DNA of 64,000 nucleotides, from positions 1,364,001 through 1,428,000 of the forward strand of contig JANJGN010000038.1 of assembly GCA_026770705.1 (NCBI GenBank). Reading direction: 5' to 3'. This document shows positions 39,530 through 49,845 of this stretch, piece by piece. Origin of the DNA: Isurus oxyrinchus (lineage: Eukaryota). Numbering within the stretch: the first letter of the stretch is position 1; each line of letters opens with the position of its first letter. The notes below the pieces were generated by a model. That model was given only the letters and a program-made list of their open reading frames with translations. It was not told the DNA's origin and ran no database searches. The position numbers and the translations under genes were made by a program.

Positions 39530-40700
39530 CTGTTCGTCTAACATCTGTCACAGGGAAAATGCTTGAGACATTATTCAGGAGACAACATCAGGGCATACAG
39601 AAACTCATAATACAACCAGCCAAAGTCAAAAATGTTTTGTGAAAGGGCCATAAAGGTGCTTGACCAAAGTATTCAAGGTCCTTGAGGAGGTAAAAAGCAG
39701 GGTGTATAATGGAGAATGAACAGATACTGTGTATTTAGGTTTCCAAAAAGGCAGTCGAAAAGGTGCCACCGAAAGTCTTGCTAAGCAAGGTAGGAGATAC
39801 TGAGGGTAACACATTAAATTGGATACAGGACTGCTTACCTAACAGTAAGCAGAGAGCCCGCAAAATGGATCACTTTCGGGATGACAAACTAACTAAAGGA
39901 GTGCAACGGGTCTCAGTGCTGGGGTATGAACTCTTTATGATATGTATCAATGACCCGGAGGGAGGGACTGAGAATAGGGTGACTAAATTTGCTGACGACA
40001 CAAAAATATCAGGGATAGCAAGTTGTGAGCAGCACAGCAAAAGCCTGTAAAAAGATATGCATAGTTAGTGGGCAGAAAAGTGACAGGCGGAGAATAATGT
40101 AGGAAATAGTGATATTGACCACTTTGACAGGAACAAAGAAAAAGCAGATTAGGATATCAATGGAGAGTCTGCAGCAATCTGTGTTACAGAACGATATGGG
40201 TTTATTGTTACATGAATCACTAAAAGCTAGTTTGCAGATGCAGTAAGTATTTGGGAAGTTAAATGGAAAGTTGACATTTATTGGATAGGGAGTGAGCCGT
40301 ATAATGAAGGCAATGTTTCAACAAATATACAGGCCCTTAGTGAGACTGCGTTTTGAGCATTGTGTGCAGTTTTGACCTCCTGACCTAAGGAGTGATATAA
40401 TTACTTTGGAAGGAGTTGAGAGAAGGTTCACGAGGCTGATTCCTGAGGTGAAGTGTTTGCCAGATCAGAAAAGCTTGAGAAGGTTTGGCCTTTAAGCGTT
40501 AGAGTTTAGCAAAATGAAAGGTGACCTTACTGAAACATAAACGATTCTTTGAGGCTTTGGCCGGGTGCATCCAGGGAGGACGTTTCCCCTTATAATGGAG
40601 TCAAGGACTAGGGGGTGCATAGTTAAAATTGGGGTTTCCAATTTGAGATGAATATGAGGAGGTTCAGTAGACTTTTGAATTCTCTTCCTCGGGAAAAGAG
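39530..40700 (+). mobile_element. CR1 LINE RT fragment
   Basis: GVQRVSVLG..INDPEGG..TKFADDTKISG in ORF 39763-40050. Confidence 0.85.
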
Positions 40701-40734
40701 AGGCAGCTGGGGCATTGATTTAGAAATGGAACTG

Positions 40735-41460
40735 GTAAAACAGCTATTTCCTGTAATTTATGCAAACAGGAAATGCACAATATATGTCAACTCCTGCAGG
40801 AGAATACTGCCTGACATGGAGGAGAGTAGAAAAATAGACTTGCTGTGGCTGCCCATCTCTGGGTCAAACTGATTCTCTCCACTTCTGTAGGATCAGAGTC
40901 TGCTGTGGGATCTACTTGCCAGGAGAATTTTTCTGACTGTCACAGTATCGAGCAGTAAAATCAGGAGGAAGAAGAGGCATGGAGTTAGAATACAATCCAG
41001 CCAGTCAAACATTCTCCATGGAACTGAAATATAAAATGCCAATGTTATGCTCCAGAGACAGACTACATTATTAAAGATATACATAGGTTAATTTATGAAA
41101 TAAAAAGTGATGTTTATCAAAGAAACCAGCATCCAGACCATTGCTTAAATTACAGCTGCTGTTTTTTCAGTGCAGCATTTCATTTTCAACTCCAGGTGAC
41201 AAATGGCTAGAAAGCGGTAAAAGGTGAAAGCGAAAGTTAACCAGAGGGAGCAGTCTCTGGAAGGGAAGCTTAGAGCAACAATAAGACGACAGGTGAGAGT
41301 GGTGGACATAAAACTGTCTGGAAAATAAACAGCCAGAAACAGCTTAATACCAGTGTATTGATAATCACAAGGAGATCTGTCACTGCCATGGATACCAGAT
41401 ACTTGGCATCTGGAGAGACCACATCGTCCTCGGAAAGGGTCACGATCGTGAGAAAGTTAG
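40735..41460 (-). pseudogene. GPR139/GPR142-like class A GPCR, main exon (pseudogene)
   Basis: Polypyrimidine-TACAG acceptor at 41461, then ANFLTIVTL..KYLVSMAVTDLLVII..SRDCSLWLTFAFTFYRFLAICH..KCCTEKTAAVI*..WLDCILTPCLFFLLILLLDTVTVRKILLASR..DPEMGSHSKSIFLL. Several stops and frameshifts; the 3' end is cut by a CR1 copy. Confidence 0.8.
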
Positions 41461-41875
41461 CTGTAAGGCAGAGAGAAAGAGAGAGAGTTGGAGAGAGAAG
41501 GACGGAATTAGTGCTGAAATTCCCAGCTACAACATCAGTTTGGTGGTATGGCGGAATGATATGGAATATGGATCATCAATACTTGATTCAACGGTGGAAC
41601 TGATAAGTTTACCAATGTAAAGATAGTACACTAGGCTACAGAGACAAGACACTTGCCCCCTGTAAAAGCCATTACCCAGACAAGCAACCACAGAGACATA
41701 GCTCGGCCATCTTGAGGACACAAAGGGTTGAGTTCTGAGAGAATTCCTTTTAAAAGTTAAGAGAAAGGCACACTATACTATTAAGAAATTGTACTGGATC
41801 GTAAGTACTTAACTTCTTCAAATCAATATTTGTTCGAAAATCAAGATTGTTCAATAACATGGATTTAAAATTTTA

Positions 41876-44236
41876 AAACAAAAACAGAATTACCTGGAAA
41901 AACTCAGCAGGTCTGGCAGCATCGGCAGAGAAGAAAAGAGTTGACGTTTTGAGTCCTCATGACCCTTCGACAGAACTTGATTTCGAGTCCAAGAAAGAGT
42001 TGAAATATAAGCTGGTTTAAGGTGTGTGTGTGGGGGGCGGAGAGATAGAGAGAGAGAGGTGGTTGTGTAGACAAACAAGCAGTGATAGAAGCAGATCATC
42101 AAAAGATGTCAGCGACAATGGTACAAAAGAACACATAGGTGTTAAAGTTAAAGTTGGTGATATTATCTAAACGAATGTGCTAATTAAGAATGGATGGTAG
42201 GGCACTCAAGGTACAGTTCTAGTGGGGGTGGAGGGAGCATAAAAGATTTTAAAATATTTAAAAATAATGGAAATAGGTGGGAAAAGAAAAATCTATAAAA
42301 TTTATAGAGAAAAAAAAGGAAAAAGGGGGAAACAGAAAGGGGGTGGGGATGGGGGAGGGAGCTCACGACCTAAAGTTGTTGAATTCAATATTCAGACCGG
42401 AAGGCTGTAAGGTGCCTAGTCGGAAGATGAGGTGTTGTTCCTCCAGTTTGCGTTGGGCTTCACTGGAACAATGCAGCAAGCCAAGGACAGACATGTGGGC
42501 AAGAGAGCAGGGTGGAGTGTTAAAATGGCAAGCGACAGGGAGGTTTGGGTCATTCTTGCGGACAGACCGCAGGTGTTCTGCAAAGCGGTCGCCCAGTTTA
42601 CGTTTGGTCTCTCCAATGTAGAGGAGACCACATTGGGAGCAACGAATGCAGTAGACTAAGTTGGGGGAAATGCAAGTGAAATGCTGCTTCACTTGAAAGG
42701 AATGTTTGGGCCCTTGGACGGTGAGGAGAGAGGAAGTGAAGGGGCAGGTGTTACATCTTTTGCGTGGGCATGGGGTGGTGCCATAGGAGGGGGCTGAGGA
42801 GTAGGGGGTGATGGAGGAGTGGACCAGGGTGTCCCGGAGGGAGCGATCCCTACGGAATGCCGATAAGGGGGGTGAAGGGAAGATGTGTTTGGTGGTGGCA
42901 TCATGCTGGAGCTGGCGGAAATGGCGGAGGATGATCCTTTGAATGCGGAGGCTGGTGGGGTGATAAGTGAGGACAAGGGGGACCCTATCATGTTTCTGGG
43001 AGGGAGGAGAAGGCGTGAGGGCGGATGCGCGGGAGATGGGCCGGACACGGTTGAGGGCCCTGTCAACGACCGTGGGTGGAAAACCTCGGTTAAGGAAGAA
43101 GGAGGACATGTCAGAGGAACCGTTTTTGAAGGTAGCATCATCGGAACAGATGCGACGAAGGCGAAGGAACTGGGAGAATGGGATGGAGTCCTTACAGGAA
43201 GCGGGGTGTAAGGAGCTGTAGTCGAGGTAGTTGTGGGAGTCGGTGGGTTTGTAATGGATATTGGTGGACAGTCTATCACCAGAGATTGAGACAGAGAGGT
43301 CAAGGAAGGGAAGGGAAGTGTCAGAGATGGACCAGGTGAAAATGATGGAGGGGTGGAGATTGGAAGCAAAATTAATAAATTTTTCCAAGTCCCGACGAGA
43401 GCATGAAGCGGCACCGAAGTAATCATCGATGTACCGGAGAAAAAGTTGTGGAAGGGGGCCGGAGTAGGACTGCAACAAGGAATGTTCCACATACCCCATA
43501 AAGAGACAGGCATAGCTGGGGCCCATGCGGGTACCCATAGCCACACCTTTTATTTGGAGAAAGTGAGAGGAGTTGAAGGAGAAATTGTTCAACGTGAGAA
43601 CAAGTTCAGCCAGACGGAGGAGAGTAGTGGTGGATGGGGATTGTTCGGGCCTCTGTTCGAGGAAGAAGCTAAGGGCCCTCAGACCATCCTGGTGGGGGAT
43701 GGAGGTGTAGAGGGATTGGACGTCCATGGTGAAGAGGAAGCGGTTGGAGCCAGGGAACTGGAAATTGTTGATGTGACGTAAGGTGTCAGAGGAATCACGG
43801 ATGTAGGTGGGAAGGGACTGGACAAGGGGAGAGAGAAGGGAGTCAAGATAACGAGAAATGAGTTCTGTGGGGCAGGAGCAAGCTGAGACGATCGGTCTAC
43901 CGGGGCAGTTCTGTTTGTGGATTTTGGGTAGGAGATAGAAGCGGGCCGTCCGAGGTTGGGCGACTATCAGGTTGGAAGCTGTGGGAGGGAGATCCCCAGA
44001 GGAGATGAGGTCAGTGACAGTCCTGGAAACAATGGCTTGATGTTCAGTGGTGGGGTCATGGTCCAGGGAGAGGTAGGAGGAAGTGTCTGCGAGTTGACAC
44101 TCAGCCTCCGCGAGGTAGAGGTCAGTGTGCCAGACAACAACAGCACCACCCTTGTCAGCGGGTTTGATGACAATGTCAGGGTTGAACCTGAGAGAATGGA
44201 GTGCAGTAAGTTCAGAGAGAGACAGGTTAGAATGGG
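41876..44236 (-). mobile_element. Penelope-like retroelement, 5'-truncated (RT + GIY-YIG)
   Basis: ORF 42363-43727 has RT motifs (MDVQSLYT, GVAMGT, LRYIDD) and a GIY-YIG endonuclease (LVYCIRC..LYIGET..RFAEH); the 3' pseudo-LTR/tail lies at 41876-42360. Confidence 0.93.
42363..43727 (-). CDS. Penelope reverse transcriptase / GIY-YIG endonuclease (partial, uninterrupted)
   Basis: 454-aa open frame with YIDD and GIY-YIG motifs; homology to the copy at 50151-53100 continues upstream to 44236. Confidence 0.88.
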   Translation of the reverse strand: MDVQSLYTSIPHQDGLRALSFFLEQRPEQSPSTTTLLRLAELVLTLNNFSFNSSHFLQIKGVAMGTRMGPSYACLFMGYVEHSLLQSYSGPLPQLFLRYIDDYFGAASCSRRDLEKFINFASNLHPSIIFTWSISDTSLPFLDLSVSISGDRLSTNIHYKPTDSHNYLDYSSLHPASCKDSIPFSQFLRLRRICSDDATFKNGSSDMSSFFLNRGFPPTVVDRALNRVRPISRASALTPSPPSQKHDRVPLVLTYHPTSLRIQRIILRHFRQLQHDATTKHIFPSPPLSAFRRDRSLRDTLVHSSITPYSSAPSYGTTPCPRKRCNTCPFTSSLLTVQGPKHSFQVKQHFTCISPNLVYCIRCSQCGLLYIGETKRKLGDRFAEHLRSVRKNDPNLPVACHFNTPPCSLAHMSVLGLLHCSSEAQRKLEEQHLIFRLGTLQPSGLNIEFNNFRS

Positions 44237-44733
44237 TAAATTTTATACTATTTCACTTATTCATAAGTAATTAATCAAAAGCTGTCGCCTCACACTGAAA
44301 TCCTCACGAATCCACATATTGATAACAATATTTACCCTAGAATAAGCAAGCTCTTCTAAGTGCTGGTAGTGGTAAACTTGAAAAGAGCTTCTTTCACAGA
44401 ATAATATGCCTTTAGTTATATTCTACTCTGATTTAATTTTACTGGTTCGACAACTCCTAGGAGTGAAGCTATTTAATTTCAGGACAGAGCTTTTAGAAGG
44501 TAAAGTTGACTAGGTTATTTTAACGAACTTTTTCTCTTAGTTGATGTTATAAGCTAAAATTAAGTTTGAGTGGGTAGGTTTACCATTCCATGTGGAAAAG
44601 ATTGTATAATCATAAACAGATAGGCATAAAACCTCCTGCCAATTTCTTTATAATCTACTTTACTTCATCCTCCAATGTCAATATCTGCTTCATTAATTCT
44701 TCTTCCTAAAGATACGGTTCTAACTGGAGCTGA

Positions 44734-44772
44734 GGTTTTTGTACGGCGCTGTCGCCCCTTACTACACGTGTG
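44734..44772 (-). other. Recombination signal sequence, 23-bp spacer
   Basis: Directly after the TGT GCT GTA codons: heptamer CACACGT (44772-44766, degenerate), exactly 23 nt, then a perfect nonamer ACAAAAACC (44742-44734). Confidence 0.82.
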
Positions 44773-45020
44773 TACAGCACAGAAGTGTCTGTGAGACTCA
44801 AAGCTGAGATAGTCAGGGGGCTGCTTTTATCCAAGCTTCAACTGACGGCTCTAAATCGACCTTTTTGTTCACCGTTTGTCGACGCCATTATCAGCAACTT
44901 TGGGCTCTGGTTTGGAGGCTTAACGTACCAATATATCACAGGGAATGGGATGGTTGTGCGGCAGTGCATCAATATCATTTTCTGTTCAGCCGGAGTCTCT
45001 GATGGATAAGTTTGTATAAC

Positions 45021-46078
45021 AAAAACAAAATTACCTGGAAAACCTCAGCAGGTCTGGCAGCATCGGCGGAGAAGAAAAGAGTTGACGTTTCGAGTCCTCA
45101 TGACCCTTCGACAGAACTTGATTTCGAGTCCAAGAAAGAGTTGAAATATAAGCTGGTTTAAGGTGTGTGTGTGGGGCGGAGAGAGAGAGAGAGAGGTGGT
45201 TGTGTAGACAAACAAGCAGTGATAGAAGCAGATCATCAAAAGATGTCAGCGACAATAGTACAAAAGAACACATAGGTGTTAAAGTTAAAGTTGGTGATAT
45301 TATCTAAACGAATGTGCTAATTAAGAATGGATGGTAGGGCACTCAAGGTACAGATCTAGTGGGGGTGGAGGGAGCATAAAAGATTTTAAAATATTTAAAA
45401 ATAATGGAAATAGGTGGGAAAAGAAAAATCTATAAAATTTATAGGGAAAAAAAAGGGGAAAAGGGGGAAACAGAAAGGGGGTGGGCATGGGGGAGGGAGC
45501 TCACGACCTAAAGTTGTTGAACTCAATATTCAGACCAGAAGGCTGTAAGGTGCCTAGTCGGAAGATGAGGTGTTGTTCCTCCCCACCCCCTTTCTGTTTC
45601 CCCCTTTTCCCCTTTTTTCTCCCTATAAATTTTATAGATTTTTCTTTTCCCACCTATTTCCATTATTTTTAAATATTTTAAAATCTTTTATGCTCCCTCC
45701 ACCCCCACTAGAGCTGTACCTTGAGTGCCCTACCATCCATTCTTAATTAGCACATTCGTTTAGATAATATCACCAACTTTATCTTTAACACCTATGTGTT
45801 CTTTTGTACCATTGTCGCTGACATCTTTTGATGATCTGCTTCTATCACTGCTTGTTTGTCTACACAACCACCTCTCTCTCTCCGCCCCACACACACACCT
45901 TAAACCAGCTTATATTTCAACTCTTTCTTGGACTCGAAATCAAGTTCTGTCGAAGGGTCATGAGGACTCGAAACGTCAACTCTTTTCTTCTCCGCCGATG
46001 CTGCCAGACCTGCTGAGTTTTTCCAGGTAATTCTGTTTTTCTTTTGGATTTCCAGCATCCGCAGTTTTGTTTTGTTTT
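45021..46078. mobile_element. Palindromic Penelope pLTR insertion with 14-bp TSD
   Basis: 45021-45485 is the near-perfect reverse complement of 45581-46045; TAAGTTTGTATAAC flanks both sides (45007-45020 and 46079-46092). Confidence 0.9.
45943..45981 (+). ncRNA. Hammerhead-like motif (variant core) in Penelope pLTR
   Basis: AGTT-CTGTCGA-A-GGGTC-ATGAG-GACTC-GAAAC-GTC-AACT; stem I is AGTT/AACT and there is a GUC triplet. Confidence 0.45.
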
Positions 46079-47575
46079 TAAGTTTGTATAACGTCTGTTT
46101 AACCTGCAAGACACAAAGTGAGCACTAGAGCAAAGCCACCAGCTCTAATCATGCCCAACAGGTAACTCCGAAATATAGGAGCAGGTGGATGACTTTCAAC
46201 TCTTCAGCCCTGCTCCAAATTCATCTAGTTCTCAATTGGTCTGAAGCCTAAATTTATTTATCCTCCTTAGCCCAATATACCATGATACAATTGTGCTTAG
46301 CTAAGGAACATCTTGAAAATATAGTGAAAAGGTACAAAGAGCACAAACATATATAATAATGAGGCAAGATACCCCTTGAAAAATTAGAGTCTAAATGTGG
46401 CAGGGAACAAGGGGGTCTACAGTGACTGGTGCAAGTTCCGTAGCGACAGAGTTTATCCACGCAATTTGACACACACAACAAAAACTGAGTTTCATTTCTA
46501 AAGGGAGGAAACTGAAAATCAGAAAAGTTGCATTACTGTTACATTGAGACCCGTTGGATCACACGTGAGAATCTCCAACCACAGTTCTAGTCTTCATTTC
46601 GATAAATTTGTTTTTACTCGCATGACAAGAAATTTGAGATCATAATGGCTAGATATCTTGCAGACGCTGTGTCTCTTATCTCGAGAAATGAGTAAAGTGG
46701 GTTACACCCTGATAAATATTTTTGGGTTACAGAAGTGTTTGTTAAAATATATATAGGGCAAACGTATCAACTTGTGGGAATTACTAGAAGTGGTTGTATC
46801 AATATAAGATAGATGAAGAGTTATTGGGGCATTCTCTTGCTTAGCGTAATCAGCCGCACAGACCTGCTGGGCTGAGTGCCCTGTTTCTGTGCTGTATATC
46901 CTGTAATTCTACTTAATGCTTTGAATGAATCAAATCCAAATACTTTGGAGGCAAGAGCTTCGGATTCATAACCCTCTGCATGGAAGAAATTCAGTTTCTC
47001 CTCAAATATAGCCTACCTCTAATTGTAATATTATACACCCTCATCCTTTATTCTCCGAAAGAAGAATTATTTTTCTGTCAAATAGTTTAACACTAAATCA
47101 CCTCGAACAGACCTCCTTTCAATATTCTATAGTCAATGGAATAAACTGACAATTCTGCAACCTCTCCACACAATTTAATATTCTGTCCCTAGTATCCTGC
47201 AGGTCAATCTGTGCTGTATTAACTCGGAAGCAACTTTATGTTGCCTGTGGTGAGGAGCACAGAGCTGAATGCATTCATGTAGATACCGTCTGAGCAGACT
47301 ACTGATGCCTAACTTTTGCCGCTACCTGTCCCAGTTATCTTCCAATAAGGACTTACCTCCTTTCGCCATTCCGATTGTATTTTCTTCACCTCTACACGAT
47401 TTCAATGATTGTAAAAGAGGACAATTTAGTATCATTAAAATCCTTCTTTTCTCCGTGGTTAAAGTTTGAAGATTCAAGGTGAATGCCCTCACACCTGCCC
47501 ACAGTAAGCTCAATCTGCCACATTGTCTCTATTCATTTATTTTATCAACTTCCTTCTTACATCTACATACATAAT

Positions 47576-48110
47576 TGTTGCGGAAAAACCGAGTGAACAC
47601 TCAGACCCAGGAGGTTTGTCTCGGAAGCCTTTTATTATAATCGTGATATCACAGAGAGCCCAACAGCATAGAACAGAGCTAGCCGGCACTCTAACTAACA
47701 CCGCTTTACACACATAACTATAGCAAAAGGTTCGTGACAGAAACTTGGGCAATTACAATAGTTTCAAATGGTTTCAAAGGATAGCGATCAGTGTTAATGA
47801 TTTAACGATTAGACACGACAATGTCAATGGTTTAGCAAATAGAGAGGACAATGTCGATGGTTCAACAAATAGATAGTGTTAATGGTTACATATCCTGGGC
47901 AATGCACACACAATAGTTTTTTTCTCTTAGATTTTGCCACCGTATCTGACATCCGGAGCCCCTTTGTCTGGGAAGGTAGCACTGGCTCTTTGATTTGCTA
48001 ATTTATGTGCTGGCTGTGTGACTGTTTGGGGACATTCTACAGTAATTTCATTATACATGTATTTTTAGTTTTTTTCTCTCATAAGTATAGATGTATTTTA
48101 TTCTTCAACA
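47576..48110 (-). mobile_element. ERV 3' LTR
   Basis: Follows the PPT AAGGAGGGAT; begins TGTTG (48110) and ends CAACA (47576); AATAAA at 47636-47631; ~30-bp tandem repeats in U3 (47760-47890). Confidence 0.85.
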
Positions 48111-48349
48111 ATCCCTCCTTGTTAATCTTTTAGATTAAACACATCTTCATCATCAAAAGGGGGCTCATAACCATAAGGAAAAGGCCAATCACTGGCAGGG
48201 TAAACTTTTTCTCCCCACCAGGGGTTTCACTGGGGCCAGTGCGTATCAATTGAGGGACAAAGGGAGCTCCTCCTAATCCAGTGGTGACTCCAGTCATAGC
48301 TCCATTAATACATGGGTACAGCAAATCCTCATAGTAGCACATGCACAAC

Positions 48350-49150
48350 ACCCTATAACACCTAATAAAACTAACCCAATTAAAACATCAGCAGCTAACT
48401 TTCCCAACTGGCGAACCACCCCGTTACTGTAGCCCGCCAGGAATCCTTGTTATAAACACTGCTCAACCTTTCCCCAACTTTCTTTATTTCTCACACTTTA
48501 TCCATAACATGCTGTTCCAGGTCAATAATATTCTCAGAAACATCAGGCACATAGGCGCAGCATTCTGAGCCTATTATGGCACAAGTGCCACCTTTTTCAG
48601 CTAGGAGGAAATCAAGGGCCATTCTATTTTGTTGAGCTGTCAGGCGTAGGGCTAACATTTCAGCAGTGGTGTCTGAAATCTGTTTCTGGGTCTCAATAAA
48701 AGCATTTTCCGTTGAATTGGCAAATTTTTCAAGCGCAGCTGCCAGGTTGATAACCTCTCGGGAGTTACGCACAGTTCCACAAGAGGGGATAGCAATCATC
48801 CAGCATCGTTCAGATTTTGAGATGTTACGACGATGGAGACGCAGATGCGGGTGAATATCTGATGCTACAGGGCTGCCAGACAACGAGTGGCTTGGACCCA
48901 ATCTTCCTTCCCTTTAATCTTCAGGGCTGTACGAGTTGTTAGCAGCACCAGATAGGGTCCTTTCCACTCTCTCATGCAATTCAGCTGTTGTTTTGCATTG
49001 AGGAAAATGAGTACAAATCCAACATTCAGTCCGATGAACTTGCAAGGCTACGGCCTGTATTTGTTGAACCACAGAATTGGTATTCCATGCCCCTGCAAGG
49101 ACCATGCAGGACAGGATCCAAATCATTCCGATGGCTCAGTTAAAGTTCTT
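48350..49150 (-). pseudogene. ERV env (gamma-type TM), degraded and short
   Basis: Hydrophobic N-terminus and CWIC motif (ORF 48914-49126); basic cleavage site RLHRR; immunosuppressive domain QQNRMALDFLLAEKGGTCAIIGSECC (CX6CC). Confidence 0.85.
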
Positions 49151-49840
49151 GCACAAGCACTTCCGTCCGAGGTCAGCGTCTGTTTGACGTGCGATGTGTG
49201 GATCCACAAGTGCATCCTTCAATCTTCATGGCTGTATGGGTGGTGAGCAGGACTTGGAAAGGTTCTTCCCATCGAGGTTCCAAACAGTTCTTTCTACTGA
49301 AGGTCTTTACCAGGACTAGGTCCCCGGGCTGGTATTGATGGCAGTCTTCAGTGGTGGGCTTTTTCTGAGCTTCTACTACCTGTATATGTGAGCTCTTGAG
49401 ACAGTTACTGTGAGAGCGCATAGTCATGAGCGCCAAGGGTAGAGCTTCAGGCCCTTTCAAACTGGTTTCTTCACATAATTTAGATAGTTTGTTTTTCAGA
49501 ATACTATTTTGTCCTGCCATCGCTCCAGTAGACCGGGGGTGGTATGGGCAGGAAAGGTGATGGTTGCATTGTAAGGCCTTCAACAGTTCCTTTATCACTT
49601 CAGCAGTAAAATGAACAATTTTACAACAACAGCATCATTGCATTGGGTGGGATACGCCTCCACCCATCGCAAGAACAAACACACTAGAATTAAAACATAT
49701 TTATATCCCATACATTTAGGCATTTGTATAAAGTCCATTTGTAGGTGTGCAAATGGGCCCCATGGCTGGGGTCCCGTACCAGCAGTCACTGTGGGCGTCT
49801 TACCTGGGTTATGTCATTGACATAGGTATGACAGGTATTA
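49150..49840 (-). pseudogene. ERV integrase (class I, epsilon/gamma-like), frameshifted
   Basis: PFAHLQMDFIQMPKCMGYKYVLILVCLFLRWVEAYP, CPYHPRSTG, QPGDLVLVK, LEPRWEEPFQVLLTT motifs. Confidence 0.88.
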
Positions 49841-49845
49841 CTAAT

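Larger units (their letters stand above)
44773..46152 (-). pseudogene. T-cell receptor V alpha/delta-like segment (pseudogene, interrupted by Penelope insertion)
   Basis: Removing the insertion (45021-46078) and one TSD copy gives MIRAGGFALVLTLCLAG*TDVIQTYPSETPAEQKMILMHCRTTIPFPVIYWYVKPPNQSPKLLIMASTNGEQKGRFRAVS*SLDKSSPLTISALSLTDTS/(frameshift)CAV. It has C-x10-W, a TRAV-like FR3, stops at 46101-46099 and 44840-44838, and a 3' 23-RSS. Confidence 0.85.

Noticed and set aside
40893-41024. Apparent stand-alone transmembrane exon for an Ig/TCR chain
   Set aside because: It is TM5 of the GPR139-like pseudogene, continuous with upstream GPCR sequence.
42277-43781. Long alternative-frame and antisense ORFs over Penelope
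   Set aside because: Shadow frames of the C-rich Penelope ORF.
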